A DNA stretch of 64,000 bases from the NCBI GenBank assembly GCA_963666315.2, contig CAXXHG010000043.1:512001-576000 (forward strand), written 5' to 3'. Below are positions 28,467 through 38,441 of the stretch, piece after piece (the first letter of the stretch is position 1; every line of letters begins with the position of its first letter). Origin of the DNA: Candidatus Binatia bacterium. GTDB taxonomy: Bacteria > Desulfobacterota > Binatia > Bin18. Position numbers and translations under genes: made by a program. The notes beneath the pieces were generated by a model. It worked only from the letters and a program-made list of their open reading frames with translations. It did not search any database and was not told where the DNA came from.

Positions 28467-30231
28467 GTGGCACCAGAGGACGAATACAGTGAGGAGGCTC
28501 TCAACACGCAATACGACACTCGCGCAGCGTCCCGCGATGCAGGGAAAGCAGAAGACCAAGGCACAACTGTCAAGGAAATTGAGGCGCTGCACCGGATCAA
28601 CCGGGTGATTAGCGGCGCCCTTGATCCACACGAGACCCTCCAGCGGATTGTTAATGAGACGGTAGACCTACTGGCTGCGCAAAGCGGCTCCGTAATTTTT
28701 TCCATCTGGCGGAAGACGAAGGTGAGGTTTCCACCTCCTATGGCCACGACTCCGTGCTCCAAACCTTACACTATCCGCTTGCCGGCTCTCGTGTCGGCTG
28801 GGTTGTAGAGCGGGAGCAGTCTTTACGGGCCTTTCAACTCACGCCGGACGAATGGCCAACATCCTGGAAATTAGGCGAACAGCTAGGGCTGCTCCGGATG
28901 ATGTCTCTATCCTACTCGCGCCGTTGTGGGTCGAGAATACGTTTGTCGGCGGCCTGGAAGTCGTATGGAAGCCCCACCACAGGACTACTGACCAAGAAGT
29001 TCGACTCTTGGAAGCCATTGCGGTTCAGGCGGCAATGGCGATTACCCATGCCCGACTCTATCAGGAAAAAGAACAGGCGCTGCAGGAAGTACAAACGAGC
29101 GAACAGCGGTTTCGGGCTGCCGCAGAAGGTAGTTTGGACGCACTCTTTTTACTGCAAAGTGTAAGAGACGAGACCGGGAAGATTGTTGACTTTTGCTTTG
29201 TGGACCTCAACTCGCTGGCGGAGCGAATGCTGGCCCTGTCCCGAGAGGAGAGCATTGGACAACACCTGTGTGAGCGCTGGCCGGTCAACAGGACTACAGG
29301 TCTTTTTGACAAATACGTCCAGGGTGTGGAAACCGGAGCGGTTTTAGAGGAGGAAATTTCTTTCTTCGAACCAGAGATTGTCGCACGGTGGTTGTAGTTC
29401 CAAGTTGTCCCTCTGGCCGCCGGAGTTGCCGTTACGTCTCAAGATATCACCGAGCGCAAGCAAGCCGAAGAGGAACGCCAACTCCTGCAGGCCCGATGGA
29501 AGCCGTTGGAACACTGGCTGGGGGCGTTGCGCATGATTTTAATAATATTTTGTCCATGATCTTGGGCTTCACCGAACTCGTCACCGATGAGGTGTCAAAA
29601 GAGAGCCGGGCGCGCAAGAATTTGGACGATGTCATTAAGGCCGGCCGCCGCGCAAAGGACCTGGTTCAGCAGCTTCTTACCTTTAGTCGGTCCGGAGAGC
29701 AAGAGCGACACGTTGTCGATGTGGCCCACGTTATTGAAGAAACGCTGTACTTTCTGCGGGCGTCTCTCTTGCCCACTACTACCCTTACAATCGATGTTGA
29801 CTCGACCGCATCCTTGGCGTTTGCTTGATCCGACCCAGATCCAGCAGGTTGTTATGAACCTGTGTATTAACGCGGCTCGGGCTATGGAGCAGCAGAGAGG
29901 CAGACTGGAGATCAGCCTGCAGCGTGTTCAGGTTCCCCGACGACTCGTGGGTGCAATGTTTACACTTGGGCCAGGAGCATACCTGAAGCTGATGGTCTGT
30001 GATTCGGGCTGTGGCATGCGGCCTGAGGTCGTGTCCCGCATCTTTGAACCGTTCTTTACTACCAAGCCGGCGGGCGAAGGGAGCGGTCTCGGACTGGCCG
30101 TCGTGCATGGTATTGTGACAGACCATAATGGGGCGATAGCGGTTGAGAGCCAACCTGGACAGGGAAGTACGTTTAGCGTGTATCTGCCTGCTTATGAAGG
30201 AGAGCAAGAACAGTATGCTGTGAGGCACTAA
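28467..30231 (+). pseudogene. GAF-PAS sensor histidine kinase pseudogene
   Basis: GAF (LLEAIAVQAAMAITHARLY), PAS, H-box LAGGVAHDFNNIL, HATPase (FEPFFTTK, GSGLGL) are spread over several frames, with an in-frame TAG at 29395-29397. Confidence 0.88.
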
Positions 30232-30286
30232 CGTTCTCACCGGTAGTAAAATCTGAGCGGTGGTAGGACCAAGGAAAGGGTGAGGA

Positions 30287-30652
30287 ATGGCACGTATTCT
30301 GGTCATAGATGACGAAGCGTCGATTCGTACAATGCTTCAGCAGATACTTGAACGCAGTGGGCACGAAGTGGCCGTTGCGACACAAAGGGCAGAAGGTCTG
30401 ACGCTCTTTCAGGAGCATCCTGTCGACCTCGTCATCACCGATATTTTCATGCCCGAAAAGGAAGGCATAGAGACAATTTTGGAGCTTCGCTACCAGTCGT
30501 CACAAACAAAAATCATTGCCATCTCCGGCGGTGGTCGAGCCGGCAACCTCGATTTCTTAGCAACTGCAAAAAATTTTGGCGCACATCATACGCTGGCTAA
30601 ACCGTCTGAGCGCCAAGAGGTCCTTGACCCGGTGAATGCTGTTCTGGCGTAG
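30287..30652 (+). CDS. Single-domain response regulator
   Basis: ILVIDDE, DLVITDIFMPEKEG, IIAISG, LAKP. Confidence 0.9.
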   Translation: MARILVIDDEASIRTMLQQILERSGHEVAVATQRAEGLTLFQEHPVDLVITDIFMPEKEGIETILELRYQSSQTKIIAISGGGRAGNLDFLATAKNFGAHHTLAKPSERQEVLDPVNAVLA

Positions 30653-30675
30653 TGCTGAAGACTAGCGTAGCCGTG

Positions 30676-31215
30676 TTACGGGGTTTCGTACGCTTCGATT
30701 TTTTTGAGCAGTAATTCGCTATACGACAGTGCGATAAGATCCTGTGGCGTGATCAGCAATGCCTCGCGGTAAAATTGGCATTGGCTGAGTAGCTGCTCTG
30801 TGCCGAGCATCCTATCCTGATCAATCGCTTCGATCTCAATAAAATGGCCGAGCCCATTGACCGCATCGATGTGGAATTTGACGTTGTCAATGAAATAGAT
30901 CTCGCGTTGTTTTTCTACGACAACAAGAATCCCTAAAGCGTGGCTGAGGAGTGCTTTGAGAGTTGAATCCGGCCTCGTCTGAGTGAGTATGACATCCGAA
31001 TGCTTTGGCCCTCGCTGGTTTTTACGTTCGTAATAGATGAGCGCGTTTTCGATCGTGCCCTCTCTGAGCTTGAGTCGTCCGCGAGGGACCTGAAAATAGG
31101 TATCGGTTTGGTGATCAATTCCTCTGAAGTCGGCGTTTTTCGACTGCAGATAAACCCGGACACGCTCCGGATTTGAACAGTGCGCCTTTATTTCGATGAT
31201 GCTGATGTCGGTCAT
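30676..31215 (-). CDS. CYTH-domain protein (class IV adenylate cyclase family)
   Basis: IEIKA, QTDTYF, RLKLRE, VEKQREIY, HIDAVNGLGHFIEIE. Confidence 0.88.
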   Translation of the reverse strand: MTDISIIEIKAHCSNPERVRVYLQSKNADFRGIDHQTDTYFQVPRGRLKLREGTIENALIYYERKNQRGPKHSDVILTQTRPDSTLKALLSHALGILVVVEKQREIYFIDNVKFHIDAVNGLGHFIEIEAIDQDRMLGTEQLLSQCQFYREALLITPQDLIALSYSELLLKKIEAYETP

Positions 31216-31295
31216 AGAAATGCTGTCGGGGCGGCCGATTGGGCGCCCCGACGTTGCATGCTGAGAGTCTGGCTGAAGAGAGGAAACGACAGGCC

Positions 31296-32978
31296 TTACG
31301 CGCTGCGCAGCACCCGGCCGGCAAAAGCATCGGTGTGATCGAGTCCTTGCATAAAGACTTGTCCGTTGACCAGGGTGTAATCGTAACCGGAAGATTTCTG
31401 GATGTAACGCCCGCTGCCAGCCGGGAAGTCATGCACAAAGGTTGGCGGCGGGAGGCGCAGATTGTCATAATCAATGACATTCAGGTCGGCATACGCGCCT
31501 TCACGCAGCACACCGCGATCGTGAATATCAAAGAGTTGGGCCGGTTCGGACGTGAGCATATAAATCGCTTGTTCCAGTGCGAAGTGCTGGCGTTCCCTGA
31601 CCCAGTATTTGAGGAAATAGGTCGGCAGGCTGGAATCCATGATCTGGCCACAATGCGCGCCGGAGTCGCCCAGACCAATGACGACCTGGGGGTGATCGAG
31701 CATATGTTGCACAGCGTCAAACTGCGGGTTTAAGAACGGATAGTTGAAGAGCGTTTCACCCTCGTTCTCTAGCGCGAGACGTATGAAAGCTTCGCCCGGG
31801 CTCACACCAAGACGATCGGCGTGTGTTTGGAGACTGTCTTCTGTCCCCAGATCATACCGAACCTCACCCTTAGGCAGAACAAAGATTTGGCTGAAATCAA
31901 TCGACGGCGGATCATCCTTGGCTTCGCGGACCATCTGGGCGCAGTATTCTGGATTACGCAGCTTGACGACTTTTTCTTTGAGACGCAGATCGCGCAGCGC
32001 ACGCCAGGACGCAGCGCGGTCAAACGGGGTCCGGTTCACAAAACCAAACAGCACCCCAATTCCGCGCGTGGTGGACTGGGCAAAGATGCGTGCTCCGCGT
32101 TTTGCGCTCTCGCTAATTTGGGCCAGCATGGACGCATACGCGGTTGGATGCGGTCGGCTCTGGGCCAGGCCAAATGTGACCGGCCGCCCGGTTGCTAGAC
32201 TAACCTCAGTCATCCAATGCACTTCGCGTTGTAAATCTTCGGCGCGGCCACTGTCGATGCCGGGGGCCGCCTCGACCACGCCGCGTTTGAGATCTCCGAG
32301 CGCACTGGTTATCCCCATTAACTCATCAAACTCGGCAAAGGTGCCGGGAACAGGCTGGCCTTCTGGGGTGCGGTGCAAGATAGTCCGTGAGGTAGAGAAC
32401 CCGAGCGCGCCGCCCGAAATGGCTTCCGCCACAATGTCGCGCATGCGGCCAATTGCTTCCGGACTGGCCGGTTTATTCTCCAGGCTTTCTTCGCCCATCG
32501 CCCAGTAGCGTACGGCACAGTGTCCGACCATGCCGCCGACGTTGACGCCCTTGGGCGTGCCGTCGAGGGCCCTGAGATATTCCCCATAGGTTTCCCACTT
32601 CCACGGCATGCCCTCGGTGATGCTAGCGGCTGGAATGTCTTCAACCGACTCCATCAAATGAGCCAGATAGTCGCGATCTTCAGGATGGCAGGGGGCAAAG
32701 GTTACACCGCAGTTACCCATGACGACTGAAGTCACGCCATGCCAGCACGAGGAGGAGACAGCCGGGTCCCACCATATCTGGGCATCTAAATGTGTATGGA
32801 TGTCAACAAAACCCGGTGTGACGATCTTACCTTCGGCATCGATGGTCCGTTTTGCCGTATCCGTGACTTTTCCGATCGCAGCGATCCGGTCGCCCTGAAT
32901 AGCGACATCCGCCTGGCGGCGTTGGCTGCCGGTGCCGTCAATGACGGTTCCGTTCTTGATTACAACATCATAGGCCAT
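31296..32978 (-). CDS. N-acyl-D-amino-acid deacylase family amidohydrolase
   Basis: PGFVDIHTHLDAQ, GVTSVVMGNCG, GDSGAH, DRGVLREGAYADL. Confidence 0.92.
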   Translation of the reverse strand: MAYDVVIKNGTVIDGTGSQRRQADVAIQGDRIAAIGKVTDTAKRTIDAEGKIVTPGFVDIHTHLDAQIWWDPAVSSSCWHGVTSVVMGNCGVTFAPCHPEDRDYLAHLMESVEDIPAASITEGMPWKWETYGEYLRALDGTPKGVNVGGMVGHCAVRYWAMGEESLENKPASPEAIGRMRDIVAEAISGGALGFSTSRTILHRTPEGQPVPGTFAEFDELMGITSALGDLKRGVVEAAPGIDSGRAEDLQREVHWMTEVSLATGRPVTFGLAQSRPHPTAYASMLAQISESAKRGARIFAQSTTRGIGVLFGFVNRTPFDRAASWRALRDLRLKEKVVKLRNPEYCAQMVREAKDDPPSIDFSQIFVLPKGEVRYDLGTEDSLQTHADRLGVSPGEAFIRLALENEGETLFNYPFLNPQFDAVQHMLDHPQVVIGLGDSGAHCGQIMDSSLPTYFLKYWVRERQHFALEQAIYMLTSEPAQLFDIHDRGVLREGAYADLNVIDYDNLRLPPPTFVHDFPAGSGRYIQKSSGYDYTLVNGQVFMQGLDHTDAFAGRVLRSA

Positions 32979-33091
32979 GCTTCCTCCTCGATCTTTATGA
33001 TCTCTTGGAGCAAAGGTTCATCTTATTGCCGCTCCACTTTGCGTAATCCAGGTGGGTGTGTCAATGATTCACCGCGAACTCCCGAATTCCC

Positions 33092-35062
33092 TCACCGCAT
33101 CGCCACGGCTTGCAGCGGCTTATAATCCGTCAAACCCTGAATACATTTCCGAATACCATCCTGCATGAGGGTAGTGAGGCCCTGGCTGCGGGCCATGCTG
33201 AGTAGCTCGGCGACTGGGGCGCGGGCGTGGGTCAGGCTTTTGATCTCGTCTGTGGCCACCAGGAGTTCATGGATGCCCCCCCGACCTGTATAGCTAGTCT
33301 AACCACAGACCTGGCAGCCTTTTCCCCGGACGAGCTGAAAGGTGTTATCGTAGGGAATGTTGAGCTGAGCAAAGGCGTCTTCACCGTAGCCATGTGCGAG
33401 CGCTTCGTATTCTTCTTTTGGCGGATGATACTGCTCCCTACAGTTCGCGCAGATGGAAATGCAGATAGACCCGTTCAATTTTGCGGACGCCTTGTTAGGG
33501 CTTTGGTTTTGCCCGAGCCAGTACGGGCGCCATACGGCTTGTCCAGTAGTTGTTTGAACCTGCGCAGGTTGTCCGGCGACATCTTGAGCTGATCCAAGGA
33601 CAGAGACTCGTGGGCGGTGAGGAGGTGTAAAACAACGCCCTCATTCCCCGTTCCTGCAGTAGGGATGGTTGCCACACGCAGCTCGATATCGCGGTCGGCG
33701 AGTCGGAATTGAATCCTTCCGTCCTGCGGTTTGCGCCGCTCGGCAATATCGAGCTGAGCCAGGGCTTTGATGCGCGAGATAATGGCTTGTCGGTTCCGCG
33801 GAGGCACCTGAAATTGTGTGTAACAGCTGCCGTCCTCACGGAACCGAACAACCGTTTCCAGCCCCTCTCCGTGTGGTTCGATATGGATATCTGAGGCACC
33901 GGCGTTATAGGCATCTGTGATGATTTGGTTCACCAGCCGAACGATGGCGCTGTCGTTCTCGTCCGCTTCTTCGAGGCTGTCTGCTGCGTCGTCTTCATCC
34001 TCAGCAACCAACTGGCCGAGAATGGCTGTTCGAGACTCATCCGAGGCAAGATCCGTGCTGACTGCATTGACGATCTTGAGAATGTCGTCTCTTAGCCCTA
34101 CCACATAGGTAATCTTTTTACCCGGAAAAAGGCGACGAATATCTTGCTGCTTATGAACATCGTGTGGAGCGTTAGTGAGAATTTCTACAACATCATCCGT
34201 TACCCGTATCGGAATCCAATACTTTGCTTTCAGGTAGCTTGGATTGATGCCCTGAATCAGGTCGGGAGCAATCTCAAGATGTTTACTGGCTTCGAGAAAC
34301 GCACATCGATAGAAGATGCCGGGCGCTTGCCCCAGGGCTCGTTTCGTCACTCCAAACATCTCCATCAGAATAGCTTCAACTGGTCTGTCGTGTGTCTGAG
34401 CTGCTGCTAACGCTTCTTCAAGCTGATGGCGCTTCAGACGCCGTGAAGTGAGGAGAAAGTCAAACTTTGTCCGGCGGGTTGCGACTTGAGTGTTGTTGTG
34501 GAGCGCAATACCAAGCGTGCGAGAGATTTCCTGGACTCTGTCCTCATCAGTCTGCGTGAAGCGGGGCGCACTTTTCTTGTTTGCGAGTTGAATAACGCCA
34601 TTAATCGCTTGATTCGTGTCGTCGATCGGTACGGTCAAAAGCTGTCTTGTGCGCACTCCCGCATTGGTGTCCCAGGAACGATCAAAGGCAAGCTGCCGGC
34701 TTACCTGGCCTAGGTCGTCGGTGGTATACGCATCAGTAATATTGATAGTTCGTTTATGCCGAGCGACAAAGCCGGCTACGCTCTGGTCGCTAATCTGAAT
34801 GCGGATCTCGCGGATCTTGTTAGCCTCCCGAGATCTGGAATAGAGTTCGCTTTTTCAGTATCGATAACGTAGGGTCTCAGACGTTCTGTATCAAACAGGC
34901 CGAGGATCTCAGCGCTGAATGAAACAAGGAGTTCATCGAGAGGTCGTGCGCGGCATGGATACGATTCGTGACTTCTTTTACTTGCTCGGCATAGTCTGCA
35001 CGAGCGCGTAGTGCGGAGAGCGAACTAGGTGCCGAGTTAGATGCCGAGTTTGCCTGAGCCAT
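33092..35062 (-). pseudogene. GAF-domain GspE/PilB-family ATPase pseudogene
   Basis: GAF fragment, ASDIHIEP, LDIAERRKPQDGRI, damaged Walker A (GARTGSGKT), Walker B region deleted, C-terminal YTGRGGIHELL...TTLMQDG after an in-frame TAG. Confidence 0.88.
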
Positions 35063-35277
35063 GCGTTTCCTCCTCGTATTCTCCTTATGGATACGGGAGA
35101 TGATCGGAAAATTTGATTTTTCTACGGTTTTTAGTATTTAAAAACTATCCCTCCTACGTACCATACGGACTTCTGTCTCATCTCCTCCGGATCTCTTTTT
35201 GGACGCAGACGCTGCCCAGCTCGCTTGTTCGCGCCCAAGCCGGTGTGGTACACGAGAAACTCATGAATGAGGGACGC

Positions 35278-36813
35278 ATGAATTTGGTGCACCATTTTTG
35301 GAATCGCCTGTCTCAAGACGAAGACCGACTGCTTTTTGAGCGCTTAGAACCATCCGGGCAAGTGACCTGGCGTCAGACGCGTGGAGAGCTGCGGGCTGAA
35401 GCGTCCTGCTGGATGGCCGCGCTGCGTGCGGCGGGCATTCGGCCCGGTGATCGGGTTGCGCTGTCGCTGGGTAAATCAAGGGGTCTTGTCACTGCCCACC
35501 TGGCTGTGCTTGGCGTTGGGGCAGGGGTCGTGCCGCTTAATCCTGCTTTGTCTGCCGCAGAGACCCAAGCCGTGCTCAAGCAGGCAGACGTTCAACTCGC
35601 GATTACAACGGCGGCAACAGTGACTCGTACCCCGGAGATTGTGAAAGCCGTGTCCGGGCCGTGGTGGGTGGCCAGAGATGCGGAAGATCTTCCTGCGCAT
35701 ACGATCGCTCTGGATGAGGCGCTTGCCGGGCACCAGCCTGGCCCCGAGCCGACGACAGGCAGGGATGACGATTTAGCCTTGTTATTGTTTACGAGTGGAA
35801 CGACCGGACAACCCAAAGGCGTGGGCCTCACTCATCACAATATCGGGTCCAATCTGCAAGCGCTTTTGGTTGACACGTGGCGGATGAACGAAGACGACCG
35901 TCTCTTGCATGCGCTTCCGCCCCATCACCTGCATGGTTTGGGCCTGGGCTTATACGGGACGCTGTATGTTGGCAATGCGACTGTCTTGCTGGATCGATTC
36001 GATCCTGCCGTGGTCCTGCGTGCTCTGGCTCCGCATCGCATCAGCGTGTTTATGGGCGTGCCGACGATGTTCCATCGGATGGCCGAGATAGAGGGCGCCT
36101 TTTCTTTTGACTCCATGCGGCTGTTTATCTCGGGCTCAGCTCCGCTTTCGGCGGAAACCTTTCGTCGCTTTGAAGAGCAGTCCGGCTTCCGCATTGTCGA
36201 ACGCTACGGTTTGACAGAGACGGCCATTAATACGTCGAACCCCGTAGCGGGAGACCGGCGGCCCGGCACAGTGGGTAGAGCCCTGCCGGGGACCGATGTC
36301 GGCGTTTTTGACCCTCAGACCCAAGAACAACTACCGAACGGAGAAACGGGCGAGATCTGGGTGCGAGGTCCGAACGTGTTTAGCGGCTACTGGGACAATC
36401 CCGAGGCCACGGCTGCGGCCTTTTGCAATGACTGGTTCCGGACAGGAGATCTGGGTGTCTTGTCTGTGGATGGCTATGTATCAATCAGCGGCCGGATGAA
36501 AGAACTCATCATTGTTGGCGGAACAAACGTCACGCCGGGTGAAGTCGAAGTCGTCCTAGAAGCTGAACGTGGCGTGCGCGAATGTGCAGTAGCCGGCATC
36601 GCTGACGTTGACCTGGGCGAACGGGTTGCCGCCTTCGTCGTCCCAAAAGAAGGCGAAGATACTGCGAGACTCGAAGACCGGTTGCGCAGGCGCACGGAAC
36701 AGGATTTAGCTGCCTATAAGCGGCCGCGTCTGTATCGCTTTCTTTCAGAAATTCCGCGTAATGCCATGGGTAAGGTCGAGCGTGGAAAATTAAAAGATAT
36801 GGGGGATGTGTAG
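35278..36813 (+). CDS. AMP-forming acyl-CoA synthetase (malonyl-CoA synthetase/MatB-like)
   Basis: FTSGTTGQPKG, ERYGLTE, WFRTGD, GRMKELII, PRNAMGKV. Confidence 0.9.
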   Translation: MNLVHHFWNRLSQDEDRLLFERLEPSGQVTWRQTRGELRAEASCWMAALRAAGIRPGDRVALSLGKSRGLVTAHLAVLGVGAGVVPLNPALSAAETQAVLKQADVQLAITTAATVTRTPEIVKAVSGPWWVARDAEDLPAHTIALDEALAGHQPGPEPTTGRDDDLALLLFTSGTTGQPKGVGLTHHNIGSNLQALLVDTWRMNEDDRLLHALPPHHLHGLGLGLYGTLYVGNATVLLDRFDPAVVLRALAPHRISVFMGVPTMFHRMAEIEGAFSFDSMRLFISGSAPLSAETFRRFEEQSGFRIVERYGLTETAINTSNPVAGDRRPGTVGRALPGTDVGVFDPQTQEQLPNGETGEIWVRGPNVFSGYWDNPEATAAAFCNDWFRTGDLGVLSVDGYVSISGRMKELIIVGGTNVTPGEVEVVLEAERGVRECAVAGIADVDLGERVAAFVVPKEGEDTARLEDRLRRRTEQDLAAYKRPRLYRFLSEIPRNAMGKVERGKLKDMGDV

Positions 36814-36888
36814 CATCACGAATGAACGTAGAGAGACGACCCCATATGGTTGTCCTTGCGCGCCATTATAGTTGAGAAAGGAATTGGC

Positions 36889-37740
36889 ATGAGACTCGTC
36901 ACGTATCAGCATAACAATACTCTCAGTACTGGAGTCCTGGCCGATGCCGGTGTCATCGACCTACCCGCCGCCTCTGGGGGAGCTGTGCCAGGTGATATGC
37001 TGGGCCTGCTGCAAGGCGGAGGGGCAGTTTTAGCGCAGGCTCAAGAAGCAGCTGGTACGGGTAGTCCCATCCCGTTGGCGGATATTCGGCTCAAAGCTCC
37101 AATTGCGAGGCCGGGGAAAATTCTGGGCATTGGATTAAACTATGCCGATCATGCACAAGAAGGTGGGCGAAAGAAACCGGACTATCCCCTGATTTTTGCC
37201 AAGACTGTTGCCGCTGCGATTGGCATCGGTGAGGCTATTCGTCTCCCTCGGGTCAGCCAGTGTGTTGATTTTGAAGGCGAGTTGGCCGTTGTCATTGGGA
37301 CACGGGCAAAAGACGTTACACCCTCAAACGCTTTTGACTATATTGCCGGCTATACGATATGCAACGATGTCAGCGCACGCGATTCCCAACGCCGCAGCAG
37401 TCATACCGCTGGGAAGTCCTTCGATACTTTTGCGCCCATGGGGCCGGCCATTGTGACGCGAGACGAACTGCCTGACCCGCACGTCTTGGATATTCGTACC
37501 CTGGTGAGTGGTGAGGAAATGCAACACTCCAACACGAAAAACTTGATCTTCAATATTCCCTATTTGATTGATTACCTGTCGCATATCTTTCCGCTTGAAC
37601 CGGGCGATGTGATTACCACCGGTACCCCGGCTGGGGTTGGCGCCTACCGTGAGCCGCCGCGTTTTCTCAAGGCTGGTGATACGGTCCGCATCGAGGTGGA
37701 CGGGATCGGCGTATTAGAGAATCCGGTTATGGCGTCGTGA
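36889..37740 (+). CDS. Fumarylacetoacetate hydrolase family protein
   Basis: GIGLNYADH, DFEGEL, NDVSARD, GKSFDTFAPMGP, PGDVITTGTPAGVG. Confidence 0.93.
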   Translation: MRLVTYQHNNTLSTGVLADAGVIDLPAASGGAVPGDMLGLLQGGGAVLAQAQEAAGTGSPIPLADIRLKAPIARPGKILGIGLNYADHAQEGGRKKPDYPLIFAKTVAAAIGIGEAIRLPRVSQCVDFEGELAVVIGTRAKDVTPSNAFDYIAGYTICNDVSARDSQRRSSHTAGKSFDTFAPMGPAIVTRDELPDPHVLDIRTLVSGEEMQHSNTKNLIFNIPYLIDYLSHIFPLEPGDVITTGTPAGVGAYREPPRFLKAGDTVRIEVDGIGVLENPVMAS

Positions 37741-37766
37741 TCTGTCAGTAAGGCAACAAGGATATT

Positions 37767-38438
37767 ATGAAAGGTAAAAAAACAGATCCAGCCGCATCGG
37801 CTGCTCACAATCCAGATCTTTCCTCTGGCCTCACCCGACGCTCATTTCTGAAAGGCGCCGGGGTTGGGACGGCCGGCCTGAGCGCGCTGCACTTCTCACC
37901 CCTTGTTACACAGGTGGAAGACAGACCCGAGATCCCGCCTCTACTCGGGCCGTCTCCCGTACCTGTGAGACTTGAGGTCAACGGCCGGACCTATACCGTC
38001 AACGTTGAACCTCGGCTGACCCTGGCCGACGTCTTACGTGATCATCTCGACCTGACCGGCACGAAAGTCATTTGTGACCGCGGGGCGTGCGGAGGCTGTA
38101 CCGTTCTGCTCGATAACGAGCCCGTTGTCTCGTGCATGCAGCTGGCCATTGCAGCGCAAGGCAAATCTATCCGAACGGTCGAAGGGTTAGCCCAGGGCGC
38201 AGAACAGCTTGATCCGCTGCAGGAGGCCTTTATTACCCATGACGCTCTGCAATGTGGTTTCTGTACACCCGGCATGCTGATGAGTTGTCGGGCGCTGCTG
38301 GATCGAACACGGCAACCCACGCTGGACGAAATAAAAACAGCCGTGAGCGGTAATCTGTGCCGGTGTGGAACCTATCCGCATGTGTTTGCGGCCGTGCTGG
38401 CAGCGTCGGGCCAAGAGCCGAATCTGGTGAAAGAATAA
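37767..38438 (+). CDS. Xanthine dehydrogenase-family 2Fe-2S subunit with Tat signal (PaoA/YagT-like)
   Basis: TRRSFLK twin-arginine motif; CDRGACGGC, QCGFCTPG, GNLCRCG. Confidence 0.92.
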   Translation: MKGKKTDPAASAAHNPDLSSGLTRRSFLKGAGVGTAGLSALHFSPLVTQVEDRPEIPPLLGPSPVPVRLEVNGRTYTVNVEPRLTLADVLRDHLDLTGTKVICDRGACGGCTVLLDNEPVVSCMQLAIAAQGKSIRTVEGLAQGAEQLDPLQEAFITHDALQCGFCTPGMLMSCRALLDRTRQPTLDEIKTAVSGNLCRCGTYPHVFAAVLAASGQEPNLVKE

Positions 38439-38441
38439 AGC

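Noticed and set aside
33475-34656. Functional GspE/PilB ATPase
   Set aside because: Walker A context is damaged, the Walker B/His-box region is deleted, and the N- and C-terminal parts are in other frames
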